From: Candidatus Pacearchaeota archaeon
GTDB taxonomy: Archaea; Nanobdellota; Nanobdellia; Pacearchaeales; GW2011-AR1
Assembly: GCA_964202455.1 (NCBI GenBank)
Contig: CAXNIJ010000002.1
Location: 5,667 to 69,666 of the forward strand
DNA: 64,000 nucleotides
Direction of reading: 5' to 3'
Below, in pieces: positions 49,286 through 57,825 of the stretch. The notes beneath the pieces were generated by a model, which was not told where the DNA came from, ran no database searches, and worked only from the letters and a program-made list of their open reading frames with translations. The first letter of the stretch is position 1; every line of letters starts with the position of its first letter. Made by a program: the position numbers and the translations under genes.

Positions 49286-50299
49286 ATGCCAGATAACAAT
49301 TTGTTTCTTCGAATTTCAGAGCGAAGAATTACTCAAATAATAAAACAACAAGCAGTTCTCTTTGTAACAATTTTATTCATCATAATAGTTCTTCTCCTTA
49401 CCATCATGGTTTATTCTTCAATAGTTGAAAAATCTTTTGAAAGGAAAAAAACACTAAAGAAAAATTCACACTACTTTCTCCAGAGGTCACTTTGCTCAAC
49501 GCAGAAGATTTTCAGAAAAGCAGAAGTCTTACCATCTCGCTTATGCAGGCCTTAAAACACAATTAATTCCAATATTAAAAAATAACGTCTCAGGTTTCTA
49601 CGACCTTTATTATGAAGACCTTCAAACAGGTGCTTAAATGGGCTACAACGAAAAGGAGAAATTTATTCCCAGAATTCTTTTTAAGGTACCTCTAGTCATG
49701 AAGGTACTAAAAAAGTGGAGATGGAAGAGCTCTCGCTCGACCAAGAAATTGTGCTCAATGAAAAAGACCTAGACGCATTCTCAAACGCCCTCTATTTAAA
49801 AGGTGCAGAACACAAAACAACCCTCAAAGAACTTCTAAAAATGATGATCGAACAATCAGATAATACTTCCGTAAGAGTCCTAGCGAGTAGACATACTACT
49901 TACGAAGACTATCTTAAAATAATGGCAACACTTGGTCTCCCACTTCCAGAAAATAACATTACTATGGTAACTCCAAAAGAGTATATTAATTTATTTAGAT
50001 CATTATATATTTCAAGTTATTTGAGAAGACAGTTTTCAGAGTATGTACTTGTCCTTCTTCTCAACACTGAATTCACATCTCAAATACCAGCGAGATTACC
50101 AAAAGATATCAAAGTAGCCCACAAAGTTGGAATTGACAGAAGTGAAGACGAAAAAGCATTTCATGACTGCGGAATAGTCTATCTTCCAGGAAAAGGCTAC
50201 TTACTAGGTGTTATGAGTAAAGATAGTACGCAAGAAGAATCTGTCAGAGTTATAAGCGATATTTCAAGAATAATCTATAAGTATAGAACAAAAAAATAA
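49286..50299 (+). pseudogene. Class A beta-lactamase-like serine hydrolase, pseudogene
   Basis: Fragments across frames: TM anchor, YYEDLQTGA*MGYNE (in-frame TAA at 49635), PRILFKVP where SxxK is expected, then SDN, AHKVG and HDCGIV. Confidence 0.8.
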
Positions 50300-50301
50300 T
50301 T

Positions 50302-51303
50302 TTATTTTTTACAAAGAGCCAAACACCAGGTCTTTTGTTCATTAACATAAAATTTTGTATTTTTAAAATAAATCTTAATAGCTTTACGAAAATCTTTTTC
50401 ATTATATCTTTGGGAAACAGCAACTAGTATTCTATCTCCCTTATTAAAATGTATAGAACGCTCACCAAAAATGAGTTTCTTATCTTGTTTAATAACATAG
50501 CTTATCTCTACTCGAGAATTATCATAACTTACATTGAGTTCAATTTCTTCCTTTTTAAATCCTATTTGAATTAGCACTAGACTCAAGAAGCGATTAACCA
50601 ACTCAGATTTATAAGATTGAACAATTTCTTCAGGCTTTGCAGTAGTAAGTGCAATGCCCATCAATAAATAATCCTCGCTACTTTCCATAGCTTCAACTAT
50701 TTCATACATAACTTCATGAATTTCAAAATTACTAATTGTGCTTCCTAAAAACAAAAGAAAATTCTGTCTAAATTCTTTATCTCTAAGTAATGATGCAACA
50801 TTTTCAAGATTATTAAAATCTGATATGTTCCATTTAAACTGTACAACTTCTCCTTTATTTAATTTACTAATTTTTTCAATGGCTTTTGCAACCATAAAAC
50901 CACTAATATCTATGGGGCAATATCTGAGTTTAGCTCTCTTATCTAGAGCTTCCAAAACAGGAACAGCTTTCTTACCATCGCCACAACCAATATCAATTAC
51001 ATTGACTCCTCCACCATTCAAAACTTGGTTGACAATTTCAGGCATCAATTTTTTAAGCATCTCTATTTCCGTCTCAAACATCGCTTTTTTATAATCGGGA
51101 GAATTTTCTAAATTCAAATACGCTTGAGATTGTTCGGGTGTAAGATACCATAATTTAGAATCGGAAATATCCCAGATACGCGTATTTCCATGAAGAGAAT
51201 ATCCTCTTTTTATCAATTCCTTGAAGATTAAATCGTTGACTTGCATAAAACTACTAGATTTGGGCCTTTTTATTCCTTGCGATTCATTCTTTTCACTACG
51301 CAA
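50302..51303 (-). CDS. EgtD-like (histidine N-alpha) SAM methyltransferase
   Basis: KLWY, IDIGCGDGKK, PIDIS, FLGSTISNF. Confidence 0.82.
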   Translation of the reverse strand: MRSEKNESQGIKRPKSSSFMQVNDLIFKELIKRGYSLHGNTRIWDISDSKLWYLTPEQSQAYLNLENSPDYKKAMFETEIEMLKKLMPEIVNQVLNGGGVNVIDIGCGDGKKAVPVLEALDKRAKLRYCPIDISGFMVAKAIEKISKLNKGEVVQFKWNISDFNNLENVASLLRDKEFRQNFLLFLGSTISNFEIHEVMYEIVEAMESSEDYLLMGIALTTAKPEEIVQSYKSELVNRFLSLVLIQIGFKKEEIELNVSYDNSRVEISYVIKQDKKLIFGERSIHFNKGDRILVAVSQRYNEKDFRKAIKIYFKNTKFYVNEQKTWCLALCKK

Positions 51304-51354
51304 TTACAGAACATATAGCAACATTTAAAAGCGATTTTTTACTGAGAAGAGTAT

Positions 51355-51427
51355 GCCCTTGTAGTCTAGCAGTCAAGGACGAGGCCCTTTCGCGGCCTAA
51401 ACCCGGGTGCGAATCCCGGCAGGGGCA
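51355..51427 (+). tRNA. tRNA-Glu(UUC)
   Basis: GCCCTTG/CAGGGGC acceptor stem, AGGCC-CT-TTC-GC-GGCCT, CCGGG-TGCGAAT-CCCGG. Confidence 0.92.
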
Positions 51428-51572
51428 GAAATATAAAATGTCCAAATTCGAGGGACGCAAAAATCCCTTGAATTAGATGGCAAAATCTCGTCAAAGAGGT
51501 TTATCTAATTCTTGAGGAGTTATACCCAATGTTATCCCAGAGCGATTTAAATATCGGAATATTAGGATAAAC

Positions 51573-52223
51573 ATGAAAATAGACCCCTACAACCATAAAA
51601 TAAAATATTGTAATTGGAAAGAGAAGAGCAAAAACGGAATTTCAGAGATAGGCAAAGAAAATTCCGACATTATTCTGCAATATCTTGGTGATATGGAAAA
51701 AGGAATAAATATTGCTCAATCAAGTGTTAAAGGCTCACGGAGCTATATACGGCTCAATTCCTTAAAAGATAGAATGACTCTCTTTGCTAAAAAGTTCCTT
51801 GAACTTTATGATCTTGCTAAAATAACAGATATAACTGAAGAGCAGCTTATGAGCTTTTTTTCAGATATGAAGAGTGGAGAGATAAAAAAGAAAGATGGAA
51901 AAACCTATATTTCAGTAGATACGTATGCAAAGATTTTCAAAGCATTCTGGCACTGGTGGATAAAGACCAATAAAAAGAAAGGAATTGATGTCAGAGAAAT
52001 AACTCAAGACTTAGATACAAAACAAGATAAGCCAAAATGGGTATATTTGACTGAAGAACAGGTTAAAACTCTAGCCGATGGAGCAAAATATGAATACAAA
52101 GTTTTGATATGGTTTTTATTTGATACTGGAATACGAGCACCGACAGAGTTGATCAATATTAGAGTTGCAGATTTGTATAATAATTGTAAGGAAATTCATG
52201 TAAGAGAAGAAAACGCACAATGA
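51573..52223 (+). pseudogene. Tyrosine integrase, N-terminal half only
   Basis: Core-binding domain and FLFDTGIRAPTEL (first Arg); ends before the K, HxxR and Y catalytic motifs. Confidence 0.82.
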
Positions 52224-52441
52224 AATGAGGAGCAATAGTACAAAGAGCTTTTCCGTCTTGATGAGAACGCATGAGGGGCTGAGAAAGTCGAGTCAAACAA
52301 AAAGATTGCTGAAAATGAGTAGTTCTATTGGCAAATGCGTGCAAGAAGCAAGGCGGGCAGTAAGAAATAAGAGTTTTGAGGTGAGAATTGAGATTTCTGA
52401 GGAGGGCGAGAGGTTTTTCTTTTTTCGCTGAGCAAGAAATA

Positions 52442-53137
52442 TTAGGATGAAGGATCTGCTATATGCAGAACAGATACAACTTTTTTAGTCTCTGTTAAAT
52501 CATATGATAGCACCCCTATATCTGAGACAAGGGATATGAGAAGCTCCCAAGTCACAAAATCAATCTTCTTTCCCACTTGAAAAAAGTAGTTTTTCCCTTT
52601 ATAACTTATGCTTTTATCTTTAGGATTATTCGGAAAGTATACTCCATTATTATGAAGAGTGTTGCGAACTAACTTAAAGAACTCTATTAAGTCAAAATGT
52701 GTTTGCAAACCTGTTCTTTTTAATAAAGCGCAACAGATATTATCAAAATTGTCGGCACCTTGATTGCAAACACTCGAATCAACCGATTTAAGAATCAATC
52801 TCATAGAGCTCTCCAGAGAAGAAAAGATAAATTGTAATAAACCCAGTTTTAAGAACATATCAAATTCACCTAAGTATTTTCTTATGTCCTCTTCAGAAAT
52901 ATTTGTGGCATTATTTCTCCACCAGTCTATCCTAGATAAATCTGTGTGTAAGTAGTTTAAACCTAATTGACAACTATTCATTACATTTATGCACTTAGAG
53001 AACAAGCAGATTCTTGTATCTTCTTTTTGATTCCATTGAGGATGTTTTTTAATTAAAACATCTTTCTTTGACATATAGTCATTCTTAATTTTTATGAGAC
53101 TATCAATAGGTTCTACCATCTTATATTCTATCATCAC
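52442..53137 (-). CDS. Hypothetical helical protein, possibly HEPN-like
   Basis: FSSLESSMR...VRNTLHNNG. Confidence 0.55.
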   Translation of the reverse strand: MMIEYKMVEPIDSLIKIKNDYMSKKDVLIKKHPQWNQKEDTRICLFSKCINVMNSCQLGLNYLHTDLSRIDWWRNNATNISEEDIRKYLGEFDMFLKLGLLQFIFSSLESSMRLILKSVDSSVCNQGADNFDNICCALLKRTGLQTHFDLIEFFKLVRNTLHNNGVYFPNNPKDKSISYKGKNYFFQVGKKIDFVTWELLISLVSDIGVLSYDLTETKKVVSVLHIADPSS

Positions 53138-53238
53138 AAGAATATAAAGTCACCTCTTTTTCTCTTTGGGTTCGCGATTATGATAGATTAAAAGTATCAA
53201 ATAAATAGGGTTTTAAAGTGTCGTCACTATCTTTTTTT

Positions 53239-54363
53239 ATGGAGAAGGCAATTAAACCCTCAAAAAGAAGCAGTTGGCTGGGCTGGTTGATTTTTTTCTT
53301 AGTCATTTTAATTTGGTCAGGAGTTTTTAATAATCAAAAATCAATATCTGAAGAAACGTTAACTAAAATTAAAAATAATGTGGTATATGTTAAATACGAT
53401 TTTACTGGTAAGAGTCAAGATGGAAGCTACTTTGAAAATGGGGCAAGCGGTTCAGGGATTATTTTAAATTCAAACTCTTCAACTGTACAAATTTACACTA
53501 ATCGGCATGTTATTGATTGTGGTTACACCAATAATTGTTATCAGAGAATAAGTGAGAGAATCAAAGTAAGAACCCAAGATGGTATTATGCATGATATTCA
53601 AAGAGTATATATCGCACCGCATAATTTGGATCTTGCAATGTTAGAGTTCTCAGCAGATAATGTTCATAATAGATATAGCTCTTCTCTCATAAGAGGAAAT
53701 GACGTCTCTATTGGAGAGCGAGTTATTGCAATAGGATACCCTGGACTGCAAGGAATAGACAATGTTCTACAGTTTTCGATTAGTGAAGGAAAAATAATCA
53801 ATATACAAGAGTTCTTAACACGAGATGGTTTTTCGTTCAATGCAATTCTCTCTGATGCGTATGCCAACTTTGGTAGTAGTGGTGGAGGTTTGTTTGATAG
53901 TTATGGAAACCTGCTAGGCATTACTACATGGAAGACGGGCACTCAAGATAATATCGCAATAAGCGCAAATTCTTTGAATATCTTGAATGGACTCTCCGTT
54001 TCAACTAGTGACGATAGTCAAAAGTGGACTATCTGTGAAAATCACAGCTATGTAGTAACTCATAATGATCGTAATTTTTGTACTCAATACTGTAGCAGAG
54101 CTGAGATTTTAGGAGAAGACAGCGCATGTCACAACGTATGTACAGACTTCTATTGCAAGTCAGACAAAATAAGTGGAGATGATACGCGATGTAATAATGG
54201 ATACATTTACGGTTCTGACGGATACTGTCATGCACCTTGTGGCTCAAAGTTAACCTATTGTCCAAGTACGGATAGTGTTTGCTTCATGAATAATTGCGCA
54301 AGTAATTGTAGAACTTCGGGGAAGTATCTTTTTGATGATGGAACGTGTCGATTTTGGCAGTAA
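53239..54363 (+). CDS. Membrane-anchored trypsin-like serine protease with a Cys-rich C-terminus
   Basis: TM helix; triad TNRHV / LDLA / GSSGGG; many C-terminal Cys. Confidence 0.9.
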   Translation: MEKAIKPSKRSSWLGWLIFFLVILIWSGVFNNQKSISEETLTKIKNNVVYVKYDFTGKSQDGSYFENGASGSGIILNSNSSTVQIYTNRHVIDCGYTNNCYQRISERIKVRTQDGIMHDIQRVYIAPHNLDLAMLEFSADNVHNRYSSSLIRGNDVSIGERVIAIGYPGLQGIDNVLQFSISEGKIINIQEFLTRDGFSFNAILSDAYANFGSSGGGLFDSYGNLLGITTWKTGTQDNIAISANSLNILNGLSVSTSDDSQKWTICENHSYVVTHNDRNFCTQYCSRAEILGEDSACHNVCTDFYCKSDKISGDDTRCNNGYIYGSDGYCHAPCGSKLTYCPSTDSVCFMNNCASNCRTSGKYLFDDGTCRFWQ

Positions 54364-54392
54364 AAAATAAATCACCTCTTTTTCCCCTGAGT

Positions 54393-54614
54393 TTACTCTT
54401 TCTTTTTTTCTTTCAGTCCTTCCAAGATTGCTTCGTAATACGAGACGGGCTTGATGGTGGCGATAGTGACTCTGCTGATGAGCCACTTTCCGTCTTCACT
54501 TAAAGAAACGCTGCTGCTGATGGCTGGCTGTTCATTGAACTGCCGTATCTTCACAGCACTCAGTCCTGTATCAGTCGCTTTCTCGGGTTGGTTGGTGTTT
54601 AGTTTTTGTGACAT
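54393..54614 (-). CDS. Small hypothetical protein (73 aa)
   Basis: GGAGGT SD precedes the ATG at 54614 (MSQKLNT...SEDGKWLISRVTIATIKPVSYY); the longer track ORF is probably overextended. Confidence 0.65.
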   Translation of the reverse strand: MSQKLNTNQPEKATDTGLSAVKIRQFNEQPAISSSVSLSEDGKWLISRVTIATIKPVSYYEAILEGLKEKKKE

Positions 54615-54767
54615 GGTGGTTACCTCCATTATCATGAATGCAATGAATAAGATGAAAGGGGCAAGGAGCACCGACACGCCACAACAAAAGAGGTGCGAGT
54701 TGCATATAATTCTCGGGGTGTTTCTCACGCAAAAGACGCGTATATCCTCCGTCGATAAAATGACAAA

Positions 54768-55061
54768 ATGTTTCCAGAAATGAAACAACGATTCCAATAT
54801 GATGCTGCGATGGGACTTTACCTTACTTCTAGAGAGAAAGTGCCTACGTTACGGGCGGCTTGCGTCGGTAGGCTCGAGGGCAGGTCGCAGTTCTATGGCG
54901 GGTTCGATCTCGGTAGCGACGACGGGCGCTTGGTCGGGGTAGCGCCGGAGGCGCTGAACGCGCCCGGCAAAGCAATTACACGCCCAAATTTAGAGCAGGC
55001 ACTGTTTGTTGTAAATGAGCAACTCTATCGAGGCAAGTTTGAGCTTCGTGCAAAAGAATAA
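54768..55061 (+). pseudogene. 3' fragment of a DGR target gene containing the variable region (about 54851-54940)
   Basis: Abruptly GC-rich, A-poor segment encoding LRAACVGRLEGRSQFYGGFDLGSDDGRLVGVAPEA, followed by a hairpin; convergent with the RT. Confidence 0.72.
54941..54955 (+). other. DGR cis-acting hairpin
   Basis: AGCGCC-GGA-GGCGCT immediately after the putative variable region. Confidence 0.7.
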
Positions 55062-56413
55062 AGCTGTTTATTTTTCTCTCTATTATTCTGAGCTATCTTT
55101 TCTTTAAATCGTACATAGGATCTTACACATTCAATTTCATTAAAAGTGAATTTGGAAGATATTCTCGCTTTCAGAGCACTCAATGATTCACTGTCGTCTT
55201 TTATATTGGGCAATATTGCCATAATCTTATTGTGTGGAAGAACTTTCCAAACTGCCAGTTGTCCATGTTCTATGAGATTAGAAAAGTGACTCCATACGGT
55301 TCCCTCTTTAATTCCTCTTTCTTTCGCTATCTCTGCTATAGCTAATCCTTTTTTTACAAGAAGCAACGTTTTTTGAACACTAAACTCAATTTTGCTGGCA
55401 TACACCTTTCTATAAAAGTTTCGCATCTTTTTAGAGCGTATGATTTGGCTCTTATCTTTTATGGGAAATTTTTTGTTGAATCTTCTAAGAAGGTCTCTCC
55501 TATAAGAGTAAGTGTTTGCATGTTTTGCGTACGCCATCCATCCCTCAATATGTTCCACAACTTTCTCTCTGCTTATCTGCTCTTCACGATAAAGCCCTTG
55601 CTCTCTTTTCAATTTTTTCTCAAACTTGCGTAGATTGCTCTTCCTCACAAGACGATGGTTAGGAAACATCCTAAACCCTAAAAATGGAACACCTTGTCTA
55701 AGATCATAAACTTTTGATTTGTCTGGGTGCAATAAAAGACTGAGATACTCTTGTAGGAATATATTGATGAGTTGCTTATATTTTTCTAACTGTTCTCTTG
55801 AATTTGAGAGTATAACGAAATCATCAACATACCTGATGTAGTAACGCGCTTTTAAGATGTGTTTGACGTACTGGTCAAGCTCATTGAGATAGACATTTGC
55901 GAAAAACTGTGAGGTGTGGTTGCCAAGAGGCATACCCTTTGGTCGCTCGCCCCCCCCCCCCGAGCGACCTTCGGGCAGATTAGAAAGAATCTGCTGAATC
56001 AACCACATAACTTTTTTATCATGAATTTTTCCCGCTAATACCTCCAATAAAATGTTATGATTCACTTCTTCGAAATAATGGCGAATGTCCGCTTTAAGCA
56101 CATAACAAGCACCGTATCCATTTCGAGACACTTTTCGTTTAAAATAATCAAATCGTTCTACTGCTCTTAAAGCTCCTTTTCCTACTTGATTAGCATGGGA
56201 ATCATAAATAAATGATTTTTGAAAAAGATGTCCAATAATATTTACCAATGCATGATGGATAACCCTATCACGAAACCTCGATTTTGAGATCTTACGAGTT
56301 TTTGGATCACGTATTATAAATGATTTCAGGGGTTTCGGTTTATACGTTTGGGAAAGTAACTCATCACGAAGTTGTAGAAGATTCTCTTGTAAATTCTTTT
56401 CAATATCAAGAAC
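55025..56413 (-). CDS. DGR-type reverse transcriptase, 5'-truncated, with a C-terminal HTH_40-like domain
   Basis: The frame extends upstream of the track ORF (YKPKPLKSFIIRDPKTRKISKSRFRDRVIHHAL) to a stop at 56414. Motifs: LKADIRHYF, GMPLGNHTSQFFAN, YIRYVDDF, FLGF. Confidence 0.9.
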   Translation of the reverse strand, partial: VLDIEKNLQENLLQLRDELLSQTYKPKPLKSFIIRDPKTRKISKSRFRDRVIHHALVNIIGHLFQKSFIYDSHANQVGKGALRAVERFDYFKRKVSRNGYGACYVLKADIRHYFEEVNHNILLEVLAGKIHDKKVMWLIQQILSNLPEGRSGGGGERPKGMPLGNHTSQFFANVYLNELDQYVKHILKARYYIRYVDDFVILSNSREQLEKYKQLINIFLQEYLSLLLHPDKSKVYDLRQGVPFLGFRMFPNHRLVRKSNLRKFEKKLKREQGLYREEQISREKVVEHIEGWMAYAKHANTYSYRRDLLRRFNKKFPIKDKSQIIRSKKMRNFYRKVYASKIEFSVQKTLLLVKKGLAIAEIAKERGIKEGTVWSHFSNLIEHGQLAVWKVLPHNKIMAILPNIKDDSESLSALKARISSKFTFNEIECVRSYVRFKEKIAQNNREKNKQLYSFARSSNLPR

Positions 56414-56750
56414 TTATCAACGACAACTTTCTTGAATTTTATATTTGCCCACGCCCTGAGTGATTCTGTATAGGTTACTTTTCCAAAACTTTCCAAAGTA
56501 TCTTTTGAAGGAGTTATGTTTTTCCAGACCATTCAAAATAATAATATGGATATTATTTAAGGAATCGGGGAAAATTCTTTACAAGTTCTGGTTACTTTTC
56601 TGGTACAGTTTCTTTACCATTTCGTTCACCTATGTATTTATAAATGCAGTCTCTAAGTTCGCTTAATCTTCTATCGTTGAGAATGATATGAATCATACAA
56701 CACAGCAATCGCATAAAAACAATTAAAAAGGTACCTTAATTTCTGAAGTT

Positions 56751-57275
56751 ATGAGTCTAAAAACAAATAAACCTATTATAGGAATTATAGGTGGTCATCA
56801 GAATAATACAAATGACCTAGCATTAAGATTGGCAGAAATAACTGGTGGTGAGCTGGCTAAGAGGGGACTTGCAATTGCATGCGGAGGAGAGGATGGAATA
56901 ATGACTGCAGTATGTAAGGGAGCAAAAAAATATGGTGGGACGACCATTGCAATTACGAAGAGCAATAAAAAAGAAGATGCAAATGAATACATAGATTATG
57001 TTATTCCTACTTCATTAGATTTGGCATTTATGAATGTTTTAGCGTGGTCTTCTGATGCAATAATCGCATTTGATGGGCGCTATGGTACTATGTGTGAGAT
57101 AGGATTAAGTTTAGACATAGGAAAACCTTTGGTACTTATAGGAAAACATGAGCTAATTAATACAGATAAAATAAAAGCAGAAAACTTTCTACATTTAAAA
57201 GAATATTCTGAAGAAAATATTCAAGAAGGGATAAAGTTCATTCTGAGGAATATAACTAAAAATGCCGTACTCTAG
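56751..57275 (+). CDS. SLOG/LOG-family protein (TIGR00725-like)
   Basis: IGIIGG, ACGG..GIM.AVCKGAK..GG.TI, G.YGTMCEI. Confidence 0.85.
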   Translation: MSLKTNKPIIGIIGGHQNNTNDLALRLAEITGGELAKRGLAIACGGEDGIMTAVCKGAKKYGGTTIAITKSNKKEDANEYIDYVIPTSLDLAFMNVLAWSSDAIIAFDGRYGTMCEIGLSLDIGKPLVLIGKHELINTDKIKAENFLHLKEYSEENIQEGIKFILRNITKNAVL

Positions 57276-57825
57276 TCCAATATTTGATGAGAAAGTAGAA
57301 GAAGTCTTAAAGTTTTTACGACCAAGAAATCTTCTAGATATTGGAGCAGGAGCTGGGAAATATGGTGAGATTGTAAAAAAGTTTGATAAGGGAATTAAGA
57401 CTGTAGCTTTAGAAATAGAGAAAGACTATATCAAAAAATTTGAACTAAAGAAGATTTATGATGAAGTATGGAATATTCCTGCAAATGAACTTATGAAGCC
57501 TAACTATTACGAAAAAGAATTTGACGTAATCTTGATGGGTGATGTTATTGAACATATGAAAAAATCAGAAGGTATCGATTTGATTAACTTTTTAATTTAT
57601 AGATCAAAATGGATTATTATAAAATTTCCGCATAAATACCTTCAGAATTCTGTTGAAGGATATAATTCAGAAGCACACATATCCGTATGGTCTGATAAGG
57701 ATTTTGAAAATTTTGAAAGAACAAAACTTTACAAGGATAGTGATATACATATGATAATACTTAAGGGATATTTGAAAGATACAAATTCGCTAACAGATGT
57801 GATGGGAATGATGGAATCCAAATGA
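57262..57825 (+). CDS. Class I SAM methyltransferase
   Basis: LDIGAGAGKYG, GDVIEHM, EAHISVW. Confidence 0.85.
   Translation: MPYSSPIFDEKVEEVLKFLRPRNLLDIGAGAGKYGEIVKKFDKGIKTVALEIEKDYIKKFELKKIYDEVWNIPANELMKPNYYEKEFDVILMGDVIEHMKKSEGIDLINFLIYRSKWIIIKFPHKYLQNSVEGYNSEAHISVWSDKDFENFERTKLYKDSDIHMIILKGYLKDTNSLTDVMGMMESK

Noticed and set aside
49635-49637. Stop-codon reassignment
   Set aside because: The in-frame TAA lies in a gene with other lesions; core genes terminate normally at TAA, TAG and TGA.
52225-52431. Frameshifted continuation of the integrase
   Set aside because: No integrase catalytic motifs recognised after 52210; treated as junction DNA.
55025-56413. Group II intron or retron RT
   Set aside because: No YADD, no intron domain V/VI downstream, and no retron VTG motif; has the DGR-type SQ motif and an adjacent variable-region-like segment.
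56414-56700. DGR template repeat upstream of the RT
   Set aside because: No similarity to the variable region and no AAC-rich GC segment; looks like a degraded unrelated ORF.
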